A stretch of 64,000 bases of DNA, taken from Lama glama (taxonomy: Eukaryota). Positions within the stretch are counted from its first letter, which is position 1, and each line of letters begins with the position of its first letter. The position numbers and the translations under genes were made by a program. This document shows, piece after piece, positions 52,709 through 64,000 of this stretch. A model generated the notes under the pieces. The model worked only from the letters and a program-made list of their open reading frames with translations. It made no database searches and was not told the origin of the DNA. The stretch covers positions 68,140,001 through 68,204,000 of the forward strand of contig CM052817.1 of assembly GCA_028534125.1 (NCBI GenBank), in the 5' to 3' direction.

Positions 52709-55386
52709 GTAAGGTCTTTTCAAATGATGATTTCCAGGCACTCTCAGTTGCCTAGCAGGGAACATTTTAACTGGATGTAGATGAAAGGTCTCATATAAAT
52801 CCTGTGTTTTATGAGGCTTGCTGGGAGCTCTACTTTGTGTTCTCTTCATGAAAAGCTGACATGCCAGAAACCCTGATTGACATTTTTTCCCCTCTACAAG
52901 GATGACTAAAAATAACACAGGATAAGATACAGGGCTCTGTAGAGATAGAAAAATGCAGTATCAAAAAAGGAAGTGGGGAAGAAAAGCCCCTCTTAAAGCT
53001 GTTGTGACTTGCTGCTCCCACCTAGGTCAAGGAATGTGTGAGACAGTGTGTGTCGCCATGGTCATGGGAGCATGTGGAATAACACAGTTAGTGGGATGTC
53101 CTGTGACCCTCTGAATGGCCCTTGCTGTCCCCTACATTCATTCACTCTAGGGAAGGAGGGGAGATTGGCAAAGACAGGCTAGGCCCTGTTAAAGTTAGTT
53201 TCAGGAAAGTCACTCATGCCTTCCTTCCTAATCCCTAAGTTGGTGGGAGGTGCTAATATACATCTTTTTATCTGGGAGTAATATCTATTCACTATAAAAA
53301 TCTGAAAAAATATAAGGAAGCAGGAAATAAATAAAAACTCTTGCTATTCCACATGTTAATTCCTTGCTAATCATGGATTAAAAACCAGTTTTCATTTTTT
53401 CTGGTCTTATTTATATGTATAAATATGAACATGTTTGGGTTGATTCCTTGAAATGGAATTGGTATCTTACTGTATATACGTAGTTTTCTACCACATGAAG
53501 CTGAAAGATACAATTTTTGCCCTACTCTACATCTTACTCATTTTGTGGTTTTTTTCATCTCCAAGGATGATCCATTGTCAAATTGTCTTGATTAGGCTAA
53601 GAATTAACCAAACAGAGAGAGCCGTGGTGTATAAATCAATGCACACCCACCCGTCTGCTCTTCCCCCTTTAGACACTCTATTGTAGGGAGGCAAAAAGGG
53701 GGTCTTAATGTGGGACAACCGGATTAAAGTGAAATCAGGAGACTAAATGACACTATTCTGGAGAAAGCCTCTCCAGGCCTAGAACTGGGACTGAAAGTGG
53801 GTTTAAACTGGGCCCCATAAATTTCTTAAAGTTAACTTTATTGCCCTCTACTGGTCATTAAGTTATTGCAGTTCTTTAACCGTTTTCATACTGTGGAAAA
53901 ATAACAATATTCAAATTCCTAAATCATCGCAAGTGTTTATTTGTTACTTGTGCTGTACCAAGCATAGTTCTGGGTCCTGAAAATACAAAAATAAATAAAA
54001 TTTAGGTACTGCCCACAAGTAGCTCAATATGATCAGGTAATTTTCAAAGAGTATGTGATCAGTAGTTTCAGCTCACAATTTCTCTATTCTCTCTAGTTTA
54101 GTTCAGTGTTAGCAAATCAATTTAGACAAACTTTAAAGTACGAAGATGCATCCATCTGAATAAATTCATACATTAGAAGCAACATCTTTTAAATTTACAA
54201 GTACTTTTTTCCCGGGGAGAAATAATGGTATTACCCTGGGTGCACATGAACACCTTTCTTACCTTAAAGTAGTGGCAAGATCTAATCCAATAAATGTCTA
54301 TCTTGAGCCATTTTCCTTCTTAAGTTTCTAGAAATAAAGAGAGAAATCTTACAGCAAGCGAACAAGTAGCACCTTGTATCATCACTCCAACTCCAATCCC
54401 AGGACTGGACGTCCATAACAGGAGAGAACGTAGTTAATTTATTTTGGCATGTGCTTCTGATAACTAACCAGAAGTAGAGCTGTCTGTTCAGAGGGAGTTG
54501 AACAATAGTTTATTATTTATTAAGCTTTTGACTTCTAAGAGAAAGAAATTAACTGTGCCAGAATATTCCATCAGACAGTACAGCTCAGTATCATACCCCC
54601 TAAAAAGCAGCTAAAGGCAGAGGTAATTTTGAGACTTCATGAAGTCCCAATTACTGAAAATTACTTTCAGACCCAATGGCTTATTTGTTCTTTTCTAAAA
54701 GCCTTAAGTTATTGCCCTGGGGAGGCCCCAGATCTTGTATATTCTGCAGCATTCTGATTTTAGGGAATAATTTCAGGCATTGGTAGGTGCTAAGGTCTGG
54801 AAAGCACCAAATCCAAAGGAAGTAATATTGGCAGAACTATTTCTTAAGGGGAAGAAAATCAAAATAAAATAGCTTAAGTTAGAGCTATTTTCCCCCAAAG
54901 TTGCCTTTCTGTGAAAATAAAGTTAATGATGAATTGTGCCAGTCTGCCTGAAAGCTGAGAGCAGTAGAATTATTGACATTACTATAATACTGACCTCAAT
55001 TGAGCTAAGCTTTAAATTCTGAGAAACAGGTTTTCAAACAGGTTTATAGGCCAAAGAGAGTCTGGACACCCCAAGGGCTTGGTTTCCCTTGCCAGGTAAT
55101 CAGTCAGAGCTATTACTGGGGCTCTGCCTTTTCCTTGTGGCTAAATAATGGAGCCCAAGTGCACAGTGGCCAATTTCTGATGAATATTAGGTGTGGCCTC
55201 CATCTTCCACCCTGCTGGGGAATCCTGGAACAACTGGATTTGAAGCAATAGCCATGAGAGAGGTGGCTTCATGCCTCTGAAGTTAAAGCAGACTTTAAAG
55301 CAACATAGATTGCTTTAACCAAAATGAAAATATGTTTATTGAGAGTCTAATAAATATTTATTAAAAGTGGATAATGTTGAAAATAT

Positions 55387-55389
55387 TAT

Positions 55390-55434
<45 letters not shown>

Positions 55435-55461
55435 CATACATACACACACATACACACACAC
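55387..55461. repeat. (CA)n(TA)n compound microsatellite
   Basis: Read directly from the sequence. Confidence 0.9.
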
Positions 55462-55744
55462 AGCCATAGTTCTTGCCTCCTGGGAACATATCTCCTAGTT
55501 GGTAGATAAACAAAACCGTCTGGAAAGCTTAATAATAACACAAGAGTTAATTTAAATAACACACCAGAAGTTGTCATGGTCAGGTTCAAAACTAATTTCC
55601 AAAAGGATGGTAGAGAGATTTCCTGGTTCTGTAATAAACTTGAGCTCATAACCTTTGGCTATTCTTTGAAGCCCATTATCTTTCAAAAGAGAAAATAATA
55701 TTTGTATCCAGAAAATAATTTCGAAGCCCTCTGAAACGCCAGGG

Positions 55745-55928
55745 CAGTGTTTCTCGGTGCGCAAGTTCCCCTGTGTTGGAGCCACCAGGGATTTGTATTA
55801 AAAGTGCAGATTCCTGTGCTCTGTTCCAGACCAAAAAAATCAGGATTGCTGGGGGTCCAGTCTGTGAATCTGCACTTTAACAAGCACCCTCAGGTGATCG
55901 TGGAAACACACCTAAGTTAAGCACTACT
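55745..55928. mobile_element. MER5A (hAT-Charlie MITE)
   Basis: 'cagtgtttctc...gtgcagattcctg...aatctgcactttaacaagcaccctcaggtgat...cactact'. Confidence 0.8.
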
Positions 55929-58044
55929 TTAGGAGGAGAAATCACACCCACAGTACCCACTTGCAGCTTTCTCGAAGCACGGAGGCTGTTTTCATGACTG
56001 TAGATCCAATCTAAGCAGTAATTTCAGGGTTTGGAGACGCTAAGAAAGAAAAGATTAAAACCGTCCAGAAGCACAATACCACATCAGCATCTATATCCTA
56101 TAAATTGGAAATCCGCAAGTTTTTTATTTATTTAACAAGGGACATTTACAGAGTAGCATTAGTGACCCATTAGATTGCACAAAATACTGATTTAATACAG
56201 TTTCCAAATTTATGGAAGTTATTTGCTAAAGACTTAATTACTTAGCCTCTTTGGGGTCATTTAAGGATTCTGATCTGTATGAGGAAAGTGAAAAATAGGC
56301 TATAAATGCAAGTGTAGCTAAAATTAGAATAGCCTGTCTGCAGCCTCCTTTTTTTGTTTTTTTAGTTAAAAATAACACCAAATCCCCCATGCCTTTCAGA
56401 GGCCCTAGAGATCTGTTTATTTTTTGATAGAAAAAGAATGAAGGGGCTTTTCCAAGGTCTTTGGTAGCTGGAAGACACATTTCTAGCTTCATATCTAGTT
56501 GTTATATTTCCATCTACGATTTTCCTTCTTCCTATCCAAGGCCACCTCTCTCAGGGGGAAAACTTCTAACTTCTAGTCATCTGGGCACTTTGGCTGCTCA
56601 TATACTGAGAGAGCTTCACCATTTAGGGAGGAAGCTAAAAGCTCATGCAACGCAGCATCTAAAGGAATAGAATTCAATTTGTTATCACATTTGGTATTTC
56701 TTAATATTATTCTAATGGAGTGTTCCAAGTAAAAATTAAAATCCCTTTTGGAAATTCTTTCAGTTTCTTGTTATGGGGCATCATGTTTGAACAAAGACAA
56801 TAATCCTTAAGGACTAGCCACGTAAAAACTTCTGTTAACTGTGAATCAAAACATAATGAGTCCACGGGAGTGTAAGGTGTGGTGGTGGATATATTAAGTT
56901 ACTTTACTCCACGAAGGGGTAAAGGGACCCAGTTTAACTTACTCCTTCCCAAAATGTCCTTGGCTAGGGTTAACTTCTGGAAAGTTTTAGGCTAAAAGGG
57001 AAATTTTTTGAAATGATGAGCAAATAACGAAATGTTATAACGTAGCGCCACTATTCCAACAAGTTTTCCCTGTTGGAAAATCTCTCAGATTTCTTTTCAT
57101 AAAATGTTATACTTGCATTAAACAGTGTTTAATTTATAATATTTAGGTTTTATTTGGTTGGAATAAATGAAATAGAAAGAGAAAAAAATTTCCATGTCTT
57201 CTCCAGGAGTTAAAGGAACAATCTTTTCTTTCAACTTCAAAGTATGTATTTTGGTTCCCAAATGATCACATTTTTCACTTACTTGTTTCCATAGAAAATT
57301 GCATTCTTATTTTTACTCAACTTCTTTCCCAGATCTTCTTTCTGATCTATGATCCACAGAGCATACTGAGAAAAGAAAATTCCTTACTAGAAGGGGATAG
57401 GAATTGGGGAAAGAGTGTGAGCTTAAAGGAAATGAATGGAAAGAAACACTGGGCGGGTGGTACTGGTGGAGCACTTTCCTTCATGGAGGCAGAAGGGTTC
57501 TTCCAACAGCAGTTAATACTTGTCTAAAATTGTAGCACCTGCTGATTATTAAAAATTTATAATCCTCTGTTTGAGTCCCAACTGGGAGGTCTTGGATTTA
57601 GCAAAATCTAGTTATTTCAAGATGTCCTGGAATTCATTCACATACTATGCCTGGAGAGTGAAGGGATGATTGTTTCACATATATGTACACCCTTTTTTTC
57701 TACATGTATCAAGTACTTGGATGAACTTTTTTTTAATGGATTAAGCCCAGTGAAATTTATGAACTTCAGCACAGGCAGTTATCATTGAATTTTTTCATAA
57801 TCATTGTATATGAGAAGACCATCTACCAGTATGGGATAGGGCCATAGCATTTTTTTTTTTTATATTGAAAACATTCATTGTATTCTAAAAAATTGGAAAT
57901 CAGAGGTCATGGTGATCAGCTTATCAACACAGGTTATTATTACTTTATTTCTCCACAACCATAGGAGGCTTTTAGAGAAAAATTTCCATCTCTTTATTCC
58001 TGAAATTTAACTTGAACTTTTCCCACTTTTTTATTGCTAAAATG

Positions 58045-58580
58045 AATTAACTTGACAAATACGTTTTGTGCTCTTACCAGGTGCCGGGCAGTTTTTCAGA
58101 TGCTGGGGCTACAGCAGAAAACAAAGCAAACATAAGTCCTTGCCCTTGTTGGAATGGGGGAGCAGAGAGATAGACAATAAACCGAATAAATATATAGTAT
58201 ATTAGAAAGGGACAAAGAGAAATATGCAGGGAATGAGGATAGAGTACAGTGGGAGACAGGGTATGATGTTTAAAAGGTTGGACAGGATAGGTTTCACTGG
58301 GAAGGTGCATTTGAGCAAAGACTTGAAAGAGATAAGGAGCAAGCTACATAGATCTCTGGAGAAAGAGCAGTCATGCAAGTGCGAAATCCTCAAGTGGGAA
58401 GCCTGCCTGCTGGCTTTGAAAAAAGGAAGGAGGCCCCTGTGGTGGCCACAGATGGGGCGGGGGTTGCGGGGTAGGAGAACCCCCTGGGAAACGTGGTTGA
58501 GAGGAGGTGGGAGGAGACACAGGTCACATTGCCTTGGAAGGACTTTAGTTTTGCTTGAACAGAATGGAAGCCACAAAAGC
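58045..58580 (-). mobile_element. L2 fragment
   Basis: 'tgctcttaccaggtgccgggca...catttgagcaaagacttgaa...atggaagcca'. Confidence 0.8.
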
Positions 58581-59075
58581 TAGCAGTGCCCAGTCGAAGT
58601 TTTTGTGGGAATTATCTCATTGCCAAGAGGTGAATTGTTTATAATCTACATAATACTGTATACAGAGATCTTATAGAACACTTGATAATAGTTTTCTGCA
58701 AGTCAGTTGCATTTTCCTTTGTAATTTTGTAATCTCAGTTTCTCTGATCACTATGTTTAATAGATTCTTTCTTATAATGTAAACAAAAGTTGACATTGAA
58801 ATCCATTTTCAAATGATAAAAATTTACAAATTATGACCAAATCAATAGGTTTTAATCTTACATAAAGTATGAAACAAATACAGTGGATACATACTAAAAT
58901 AAAATTTTAGGGGCATAATTATAAAAGAATGAGACCAATTTTATAAAACATTCAGGAAATGACTTATTACATTATTTTACACAATCAAATTTTAAAACTT
59001 TCATCATGCTTGTATATTTATTACCTTAAATATCTGGATTTGCATGAATTTATTTATTTTTCTCTTCTCTTACAG

Positions 59076-59093
59076 GAAAATATACATGCAAGA
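59076..59093 (+). CDS. ARHGEF38: ARHGEF38 coding micro-exon 5 (18 nt, phase 2-2)
   Basis: Strong acceptor tttttctcttctcttacag|, exon GAAAATATACATGCAAGA, consensus donor |GTAAGT. Joined to exon 4 it reads ...SLK-KIYMQE, matching my recollection of the human protein. Confidence 0.9.
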
Positions 59094-60844
59094 GTAAGTA
59101 TTTTTGTTTTAATGATAAATATCAAATGTAAAAATCATGAGGAAAAGCTGTTGAATATTTCTGTGCAAATCAGAATGTTAGTTTTTACATTTATGTTTAT
59201 TCCTTTTAATAAATAAGGTTTCAAAGACATTTACCCTAGACATTATTGGTGCATTTATTTCCAATTTGTCTGAGATGATTTTACACATTAAATTATTACT
59301 ACATGCACCTTATTAAGCTTGTTAGAAGAATCTTGGGGTATAATTTACTTAAATCACAGGTTTGCTGGTGCCAGGAACTCTTTGGGAACTGCTCATCACA
59401 CATATATTTAGGAATCTGAATGTGTCCAAAAACACTTCTTCCTATGGACAACATTAGTCTAAAAAGTCTCAGATTAATACCATAATGTTTTTGAAGGTTA
59501 CACAGATTAATGTACAAAAGAAAAGATTTCCTATGCCTTAGAGTAAAATATTGGGTTTCTTCAAATTTGGACTCCTGTATGATTTATGAAGAAAAAAAAC
59601 CACATATATAGCATACAAATGAAATATTAAGATGAAATAATTGGCCACTAGGACAACATAGAAATTATTTTATAAAGGCTAGACACATTCATACACTTTG
59701 GAATATGTCCATTTTTATAGAAGAAAAGCTTGACTAACATTGAAAGGATGATACTGACTTAAACAGGAAGCCAAATTTACTAGGACTTTAAAAAGCACAT
59801 ATTTGCCTTAGCATGGTCAGCAACTATCCAAGGTCCTGAGTCCCTAGTCTGTGTGTGTGCGTGTGTGTGTATTCTAAACTCCTGAAACATTACATCAAGA
59901 AACAAAATTTACAAAACAAAAATTGTATTAATTTAAGCTATAAATATCTGTCATTCATGCTTCAGTGTAGAGCATGAGGAGAGACAGAATTCCAGAAGTG
60001 AGGTGGAAGAATGAGGCATCACACAGAAGACCTGCAGACGAAGGCTGTATAACACCTCCGCCAAGCTGAGAAGTTAGTTTCTGACATACCAAACAAGCAC
60101 TCAGTTCTCTCACTTTATAAGCCTTTCCTTCCAAAAGGAAAAAAAATATCTGTGGGATAAACAGATGTGAGTAGGTTTGTTCAAGATCATTTGAATTTGA
60201 AGAGGTGCCTGACAGAGGGGCCTAGTGGTCCTTTCACACACCGGCGCCTTCCTGGCTTCCATGACAGTGGGTGAGCTTGGAGAGCTGGGGGTTGTGGTCT
60301 CACTGTAAAGCCTGAGCCTCTGGCCTGTACCCGGGGCTACAGATTCACATGGCTGGGTGATAGGAGAGAAACTTCATATGCTACAAGTTCTGTTTAGATT
60401 TCTTTTCCTAGAGCTTAGGTCTTTGTCACCAAAGACCGAGAGAGAGAGACAAGTGAACAATTCATCTAATATGTTAACATGCACAGGCTCCTACACACAG
60501 AACACTTTAACAGTACATTGCATTGAAGTACCTGCTAAAATTGTACTAGCGTTGGCCTGCTGTGTGGGAGTTAGCAGGCGTGTGCGCCCCCTCCAGCCCA
60601 TTCTGTACATCAAGACTCCAAAGGAGGAAAAGCAATCACAGCGTGTGGTTGGAGGAACATCAAAGCCGCGTTTGCCATGAGTTATTTCCTTCCCCGTTTC
60701 TCTCGTTCGGGTCAGGAGGCACACATGCTGCTACATGAAAGACTAAAGGGCTATGTCAAGTGCTCTGTGACTGCTGGACTCCTTCGTAGCTATGACCAAG
60801 AATGTTGCAGCCAAGAGTAGTGCATTTATGAGATGTGGGTTTTA

Positions 60845-61055
60845 TTTTATTTTATTTTATTTTTATTGAAGTATAGTTGTTTTACAATGCTGTGTCCATT
60901 TCTGATGTGCAGCATAATGTTTCAGTATACACATACATACATACATTCTTTTCATATTCTTTTTTATTATAGGTTATTACAATATATTGAATGTGGTTCC
61001 CTGTGCTCTACAGTAGAAACTAGTTTATCTATTTTATATATAGTAGTATTTGCAA
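60845..61055 (-). mobile_element. Young 5'-truncated L1 with 15-bp TSD
   Basis: L1 tail in antisense, flanked by identical gagatgtgggtttta at 60830-60844 and 61056-61070. Confidence 0.9.
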
Positions 61056-61479
61056 GAGATGTGGGTTTTAAAATGGCTTCGAAAAAAATCTCTTGCACAT
61101 GGAAACTGAAAGTTGTTTTTCTTTTTTATAATCTACATTTGAAAAACTAGAGACAAAGATATTTCTAACTTCTTAAAATTTGTACTTTGAATTATAAACT
61201 TATGCATTTAAAGACAGTATTAGTGACAAGAATAATAGAATCTCCCACCATAGAGTTCCCACCAAAAGCATTTGATACGAGTTCCATTTTCTAAAGCAAG
61301 AAAAATATACCTATTCTAATTTAACTACGTCCAGAAATGCACTGTTTTATCTTATTTTTTTTAAATACTTTTCTTTATGCGCTTTCTGTCTGATTAGCTA
61401 TCCTTACCTGCAGCTCTCAGGGTTTCAATCAATTTCAAAACATTGTAAGTTATTTTCTCTTCTCTTAAGTTACGTATTT

Positions 61480-64000
61480 TTTAAATTATTGAAGAAATAG
61501 AAAACCAAAATGAGGACAGTGAAGACAATTGGTTGTCACATTCCAGACTGAACTGTTTTAACGTTGCATGAGTCCCGCCCTTCCCTGCAATTTTTCCTCT
61601 ACACAGACACACCGACTAAAATAACACTGCTATATATTTCCTGTATGTCAACTTGCTACCTTGTTCGTCAATGCATCATGGACAACTTTCTATGTCAGTA
61701 AATATAAATCTACATTGCTTTATGACTGCATAATATTCTACCTGATGTGTATACCATAATTTAGTTTACCAAACCCTTACAGAGACTTGAATTGTGTCTG
61801 TCTTGCTAAGGTTGACTTACGTGTTCATCCTTATGCATAATCTTTGCATAGTTTGATCATTTTCTTAGAATGAATTTCTAAAAGTGGGATTGCTAGATCA
61901 GAGGGATTTTGCCAAAAATTTGAACTAATTTAGAGTCCCACTACCATATATGAGTTGTCCATTTATCTATTACTTGCCAGCACTAGATAAAATTAATATT
62001 TGTGGTAATGTAATAGGCCAAAAATAGAATTATATTGTTTTAATTTTTATTAAAAATGATCTTGAGCATTTTCATGTATGTTTAATCATTAGTATTTCAC
62101 CTCTAATGATTTATCTTTTTTATTGGTTGTTCACTTTTATTGAGATGTTTATCTTTTTCTAATAGATTGATAAGGACTCTTGAATTAGCAAGTGTATTAG
62201 CCTTTTTTTCTGTCTTATGTGCTGTAAATAATCTTTCCAGCTTATCGTTTGACTTTTAACATAGTATATAGTGGCTTCCGTTTTTGTTTTTACCTGTACA
62301 GTTTTACAGAGCTAAATTTTAAAATAGAGTTATCACTTTTTTTCTCCTGTACCATTTGGATTTTGTGTCTCACTTAGAAACTCCAAGTTTGTTTTTTTAA
62401 CTGACACTAAATAGTTCATTTTTTCCCATTGTGTCTGAATGTCATATTAACCATGTACTTAATTTGCACACATATTTGTATTTATTTTTTTTTTTAATTT
62501 TTTTCTTTTGGGGGGGAGGTGATTAGGTTTATTATTTACTTATTCATTATTTATTTTTAATAGAGGTACTGGGGATTGAAACCAGGATCTTGTGCATGCT
62601 AAGCAGGCACTCTACCACTGAGCTATACCTGCCCTTGTGTTTATTTCCTGATTTTCTATTTTGTGCTTCTCATTTGTCCCTATATGTAGGGACCCATACC
62701 AAACTGCTTTCATTTTATTAGCTTTATATTTTAATATCAAGTATAACTAATCTCAGCCCAGTACTCTTCCCTTCCAGGATTTTCTTGAATATTCTTGCAT
62801 GTTCCCTTCTTTAAAAACTTTCTCTTTTGTTAAAATTAAATCTACCCATGGTTTAAAAAGCTAAACAGTTCTACAGGATTTAAGATAGTGGTCCCCTCTT
62901 CTACCTGCCCCTCAATGGTCCTCACCAGAACACAAGCATTTTCACAACTTTTAGTTGACTATTTTGGCATTTATCTTCATGACTCTAAAAACATGTTTGG
63001 TTTTCCCTTTTTAGATATTATGTACTGACTTTCCTCTATGGAAGACAATAATTTATCTTTCTTCCCTACCCGATCTCCACCACACACACACACACACCCT
63101 TCCCACCTCTCCATTCTCCCCATGTAGTTACAATGTAATTTAGACTAGAGCAATAATCAGTGTTTGAATGATTATACCTGAGTAAATTTCTTTTCAGAGC
63201 TAAACCTTGGAATAAACTGATTACTTGTTTTTCTGGGAGTTAACTATTGTCTTTTTTTTCCTCTTAGTTTTCTTTGTGCTAAGCATTAATGCTGAACTCA
63301 CAGTCATCTTCAAGACAACCAGATGAATTTTGTATGCTATCAATTTCATCTCCCCCAAAAAAGCCTCTCCCAGAGCCTTCTGATCAGTTGTGTTTGGACT
63401 GGTGACAGTGGGCATAACTGTCTTTTAGGAACTCCCCTCCCATCATCTGAAGTTTCTCTTTATGTCTTTCCTATTTTTAGTAGAGAGCATCCTTCAGTAA
63501 TTTCCTCTATTTAGCAAAGAATGCATGGAAAGTAAAATTTTAAGAACTTTTATATCCAAAATACATTTTATCCTCACACTTGATTTATATACTGTTTGAT
63601 TTGGTATAGAATTGTAAATTGAAAATCATTCATCTTCAGAATATAAAGATAATTCCTTGTCATTTCTAGCCTTCAGTTTTGCTACAAGAAATTGAAAGGT
63701 TTTTCTGATTCCTAATCATTTATTTGTTCCTGTTTAGTTTATATGTTTCTCTAAAGAACTGTAGGCTTTTCTCTTTGTCCCCAGTAACCTGAAATTTCAT
63801 GAATTCCAAGGTGTGAGTTTATTTCATCCGTTGTGCTGTGTACTGAGAGAGTTGTTTCAACCTGCTAACTCATGTTCTTTTCTTGAATTATGTCATTGAA
63901 CATTTCCTCCCTGTATGTACTCTGTTCTCTCTGGGACTCTTACTTTGATATTGAACTTCCTACACCAGTCCTCTAATTTTCTCATATTTTTCCTTCCTTT
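61480..64000 (-). mobile_element. Old L1M/L1ME fragments
   Basis: Antisense L1 motifs ('aatttctaaaagtgggattgct', 'tgagcattttcatgtatg', 'gagcatccttcagtaatttc'). Confidence 0.65.
62488..62634 (-). mobile_element. Camelid-type tRNA-derived SINE
   Basis: 'gaggtactggggattgaaaccagg...ctctaccactgagctatacc'. TSD ttgtatttattt/ttgtgtttattt (62476-62487, 62635-62646). Confidence 0.88.

Larger units (their letters stand above)
1383..64000 (+). other. ARHGEF38: ARHGEF38 gene body (5' portion; the gene continues beyond the window)
   Basis: Four collinear exons with compatible phases apart from the missing exon 2. The rest of the DH domain and the BAR/SH3 exons are not in the window. Confidence 0.9.

Noticed and set aside
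59767..59791. ag|GAAGCCAAATTTACTAGGACTTTAA reads (E)KPNLLGL*, resembling the expected start of exon 6 (GKPNLLD...)
   Set aside because: No polypyrimidine tract, an immediate stop and no continuation into the KPIQR motif. Most likely chance; the true exon 6 should lie beyond the window.
1..64000. Prokaryotic-type systems (CRISPR arrays, operons, defence islands)
   Set aside because: The window is mammalian intron/exon DNA, with no regularly spaced repeat-spacer array or gene-dense region.

Overview
Mammalian genomic DNA, probably camelid (tRNA-derived SINEs resembling the vic-1/SINE1_Vpa family). The window holds the 5' part of ARHGEF38 (Rho GEF 38) on the + strand. Visible parts are the promoter, coding exon 1 (1383-1578), exon 3 (34187-34310), exon 4 (52561-52708) and an 18-nt micro-exon 5 (59076-59093), all with canonical GT-AG boundaries. 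The obligatory exon 2 is absent from the resolved sequence and most likely lies in the 500-N assembly gap (24993-25492). The rest is intronic and full of eutherian repeats (MIR, L2, L1M, MLT1, ERV1/ERVL LTRs, Tigger1, MER2, MER20, MER5A, a BLACKJACK-like hAT fossil) plus lineage-specific SINE/L1 insertions. Most ORFs in the track are spurious. I found no convincing new biological system. The best observations are gene-structure quirks (a micro-exon with an upstream RBFOX motif, a stop codon built into the intron-4 donor with nearby poly(A) and CTCF motifs) and a rearranged Tigger1 carrying a templated insertion. Repeat family names are from recognition by eye and their boundaries are approximate.
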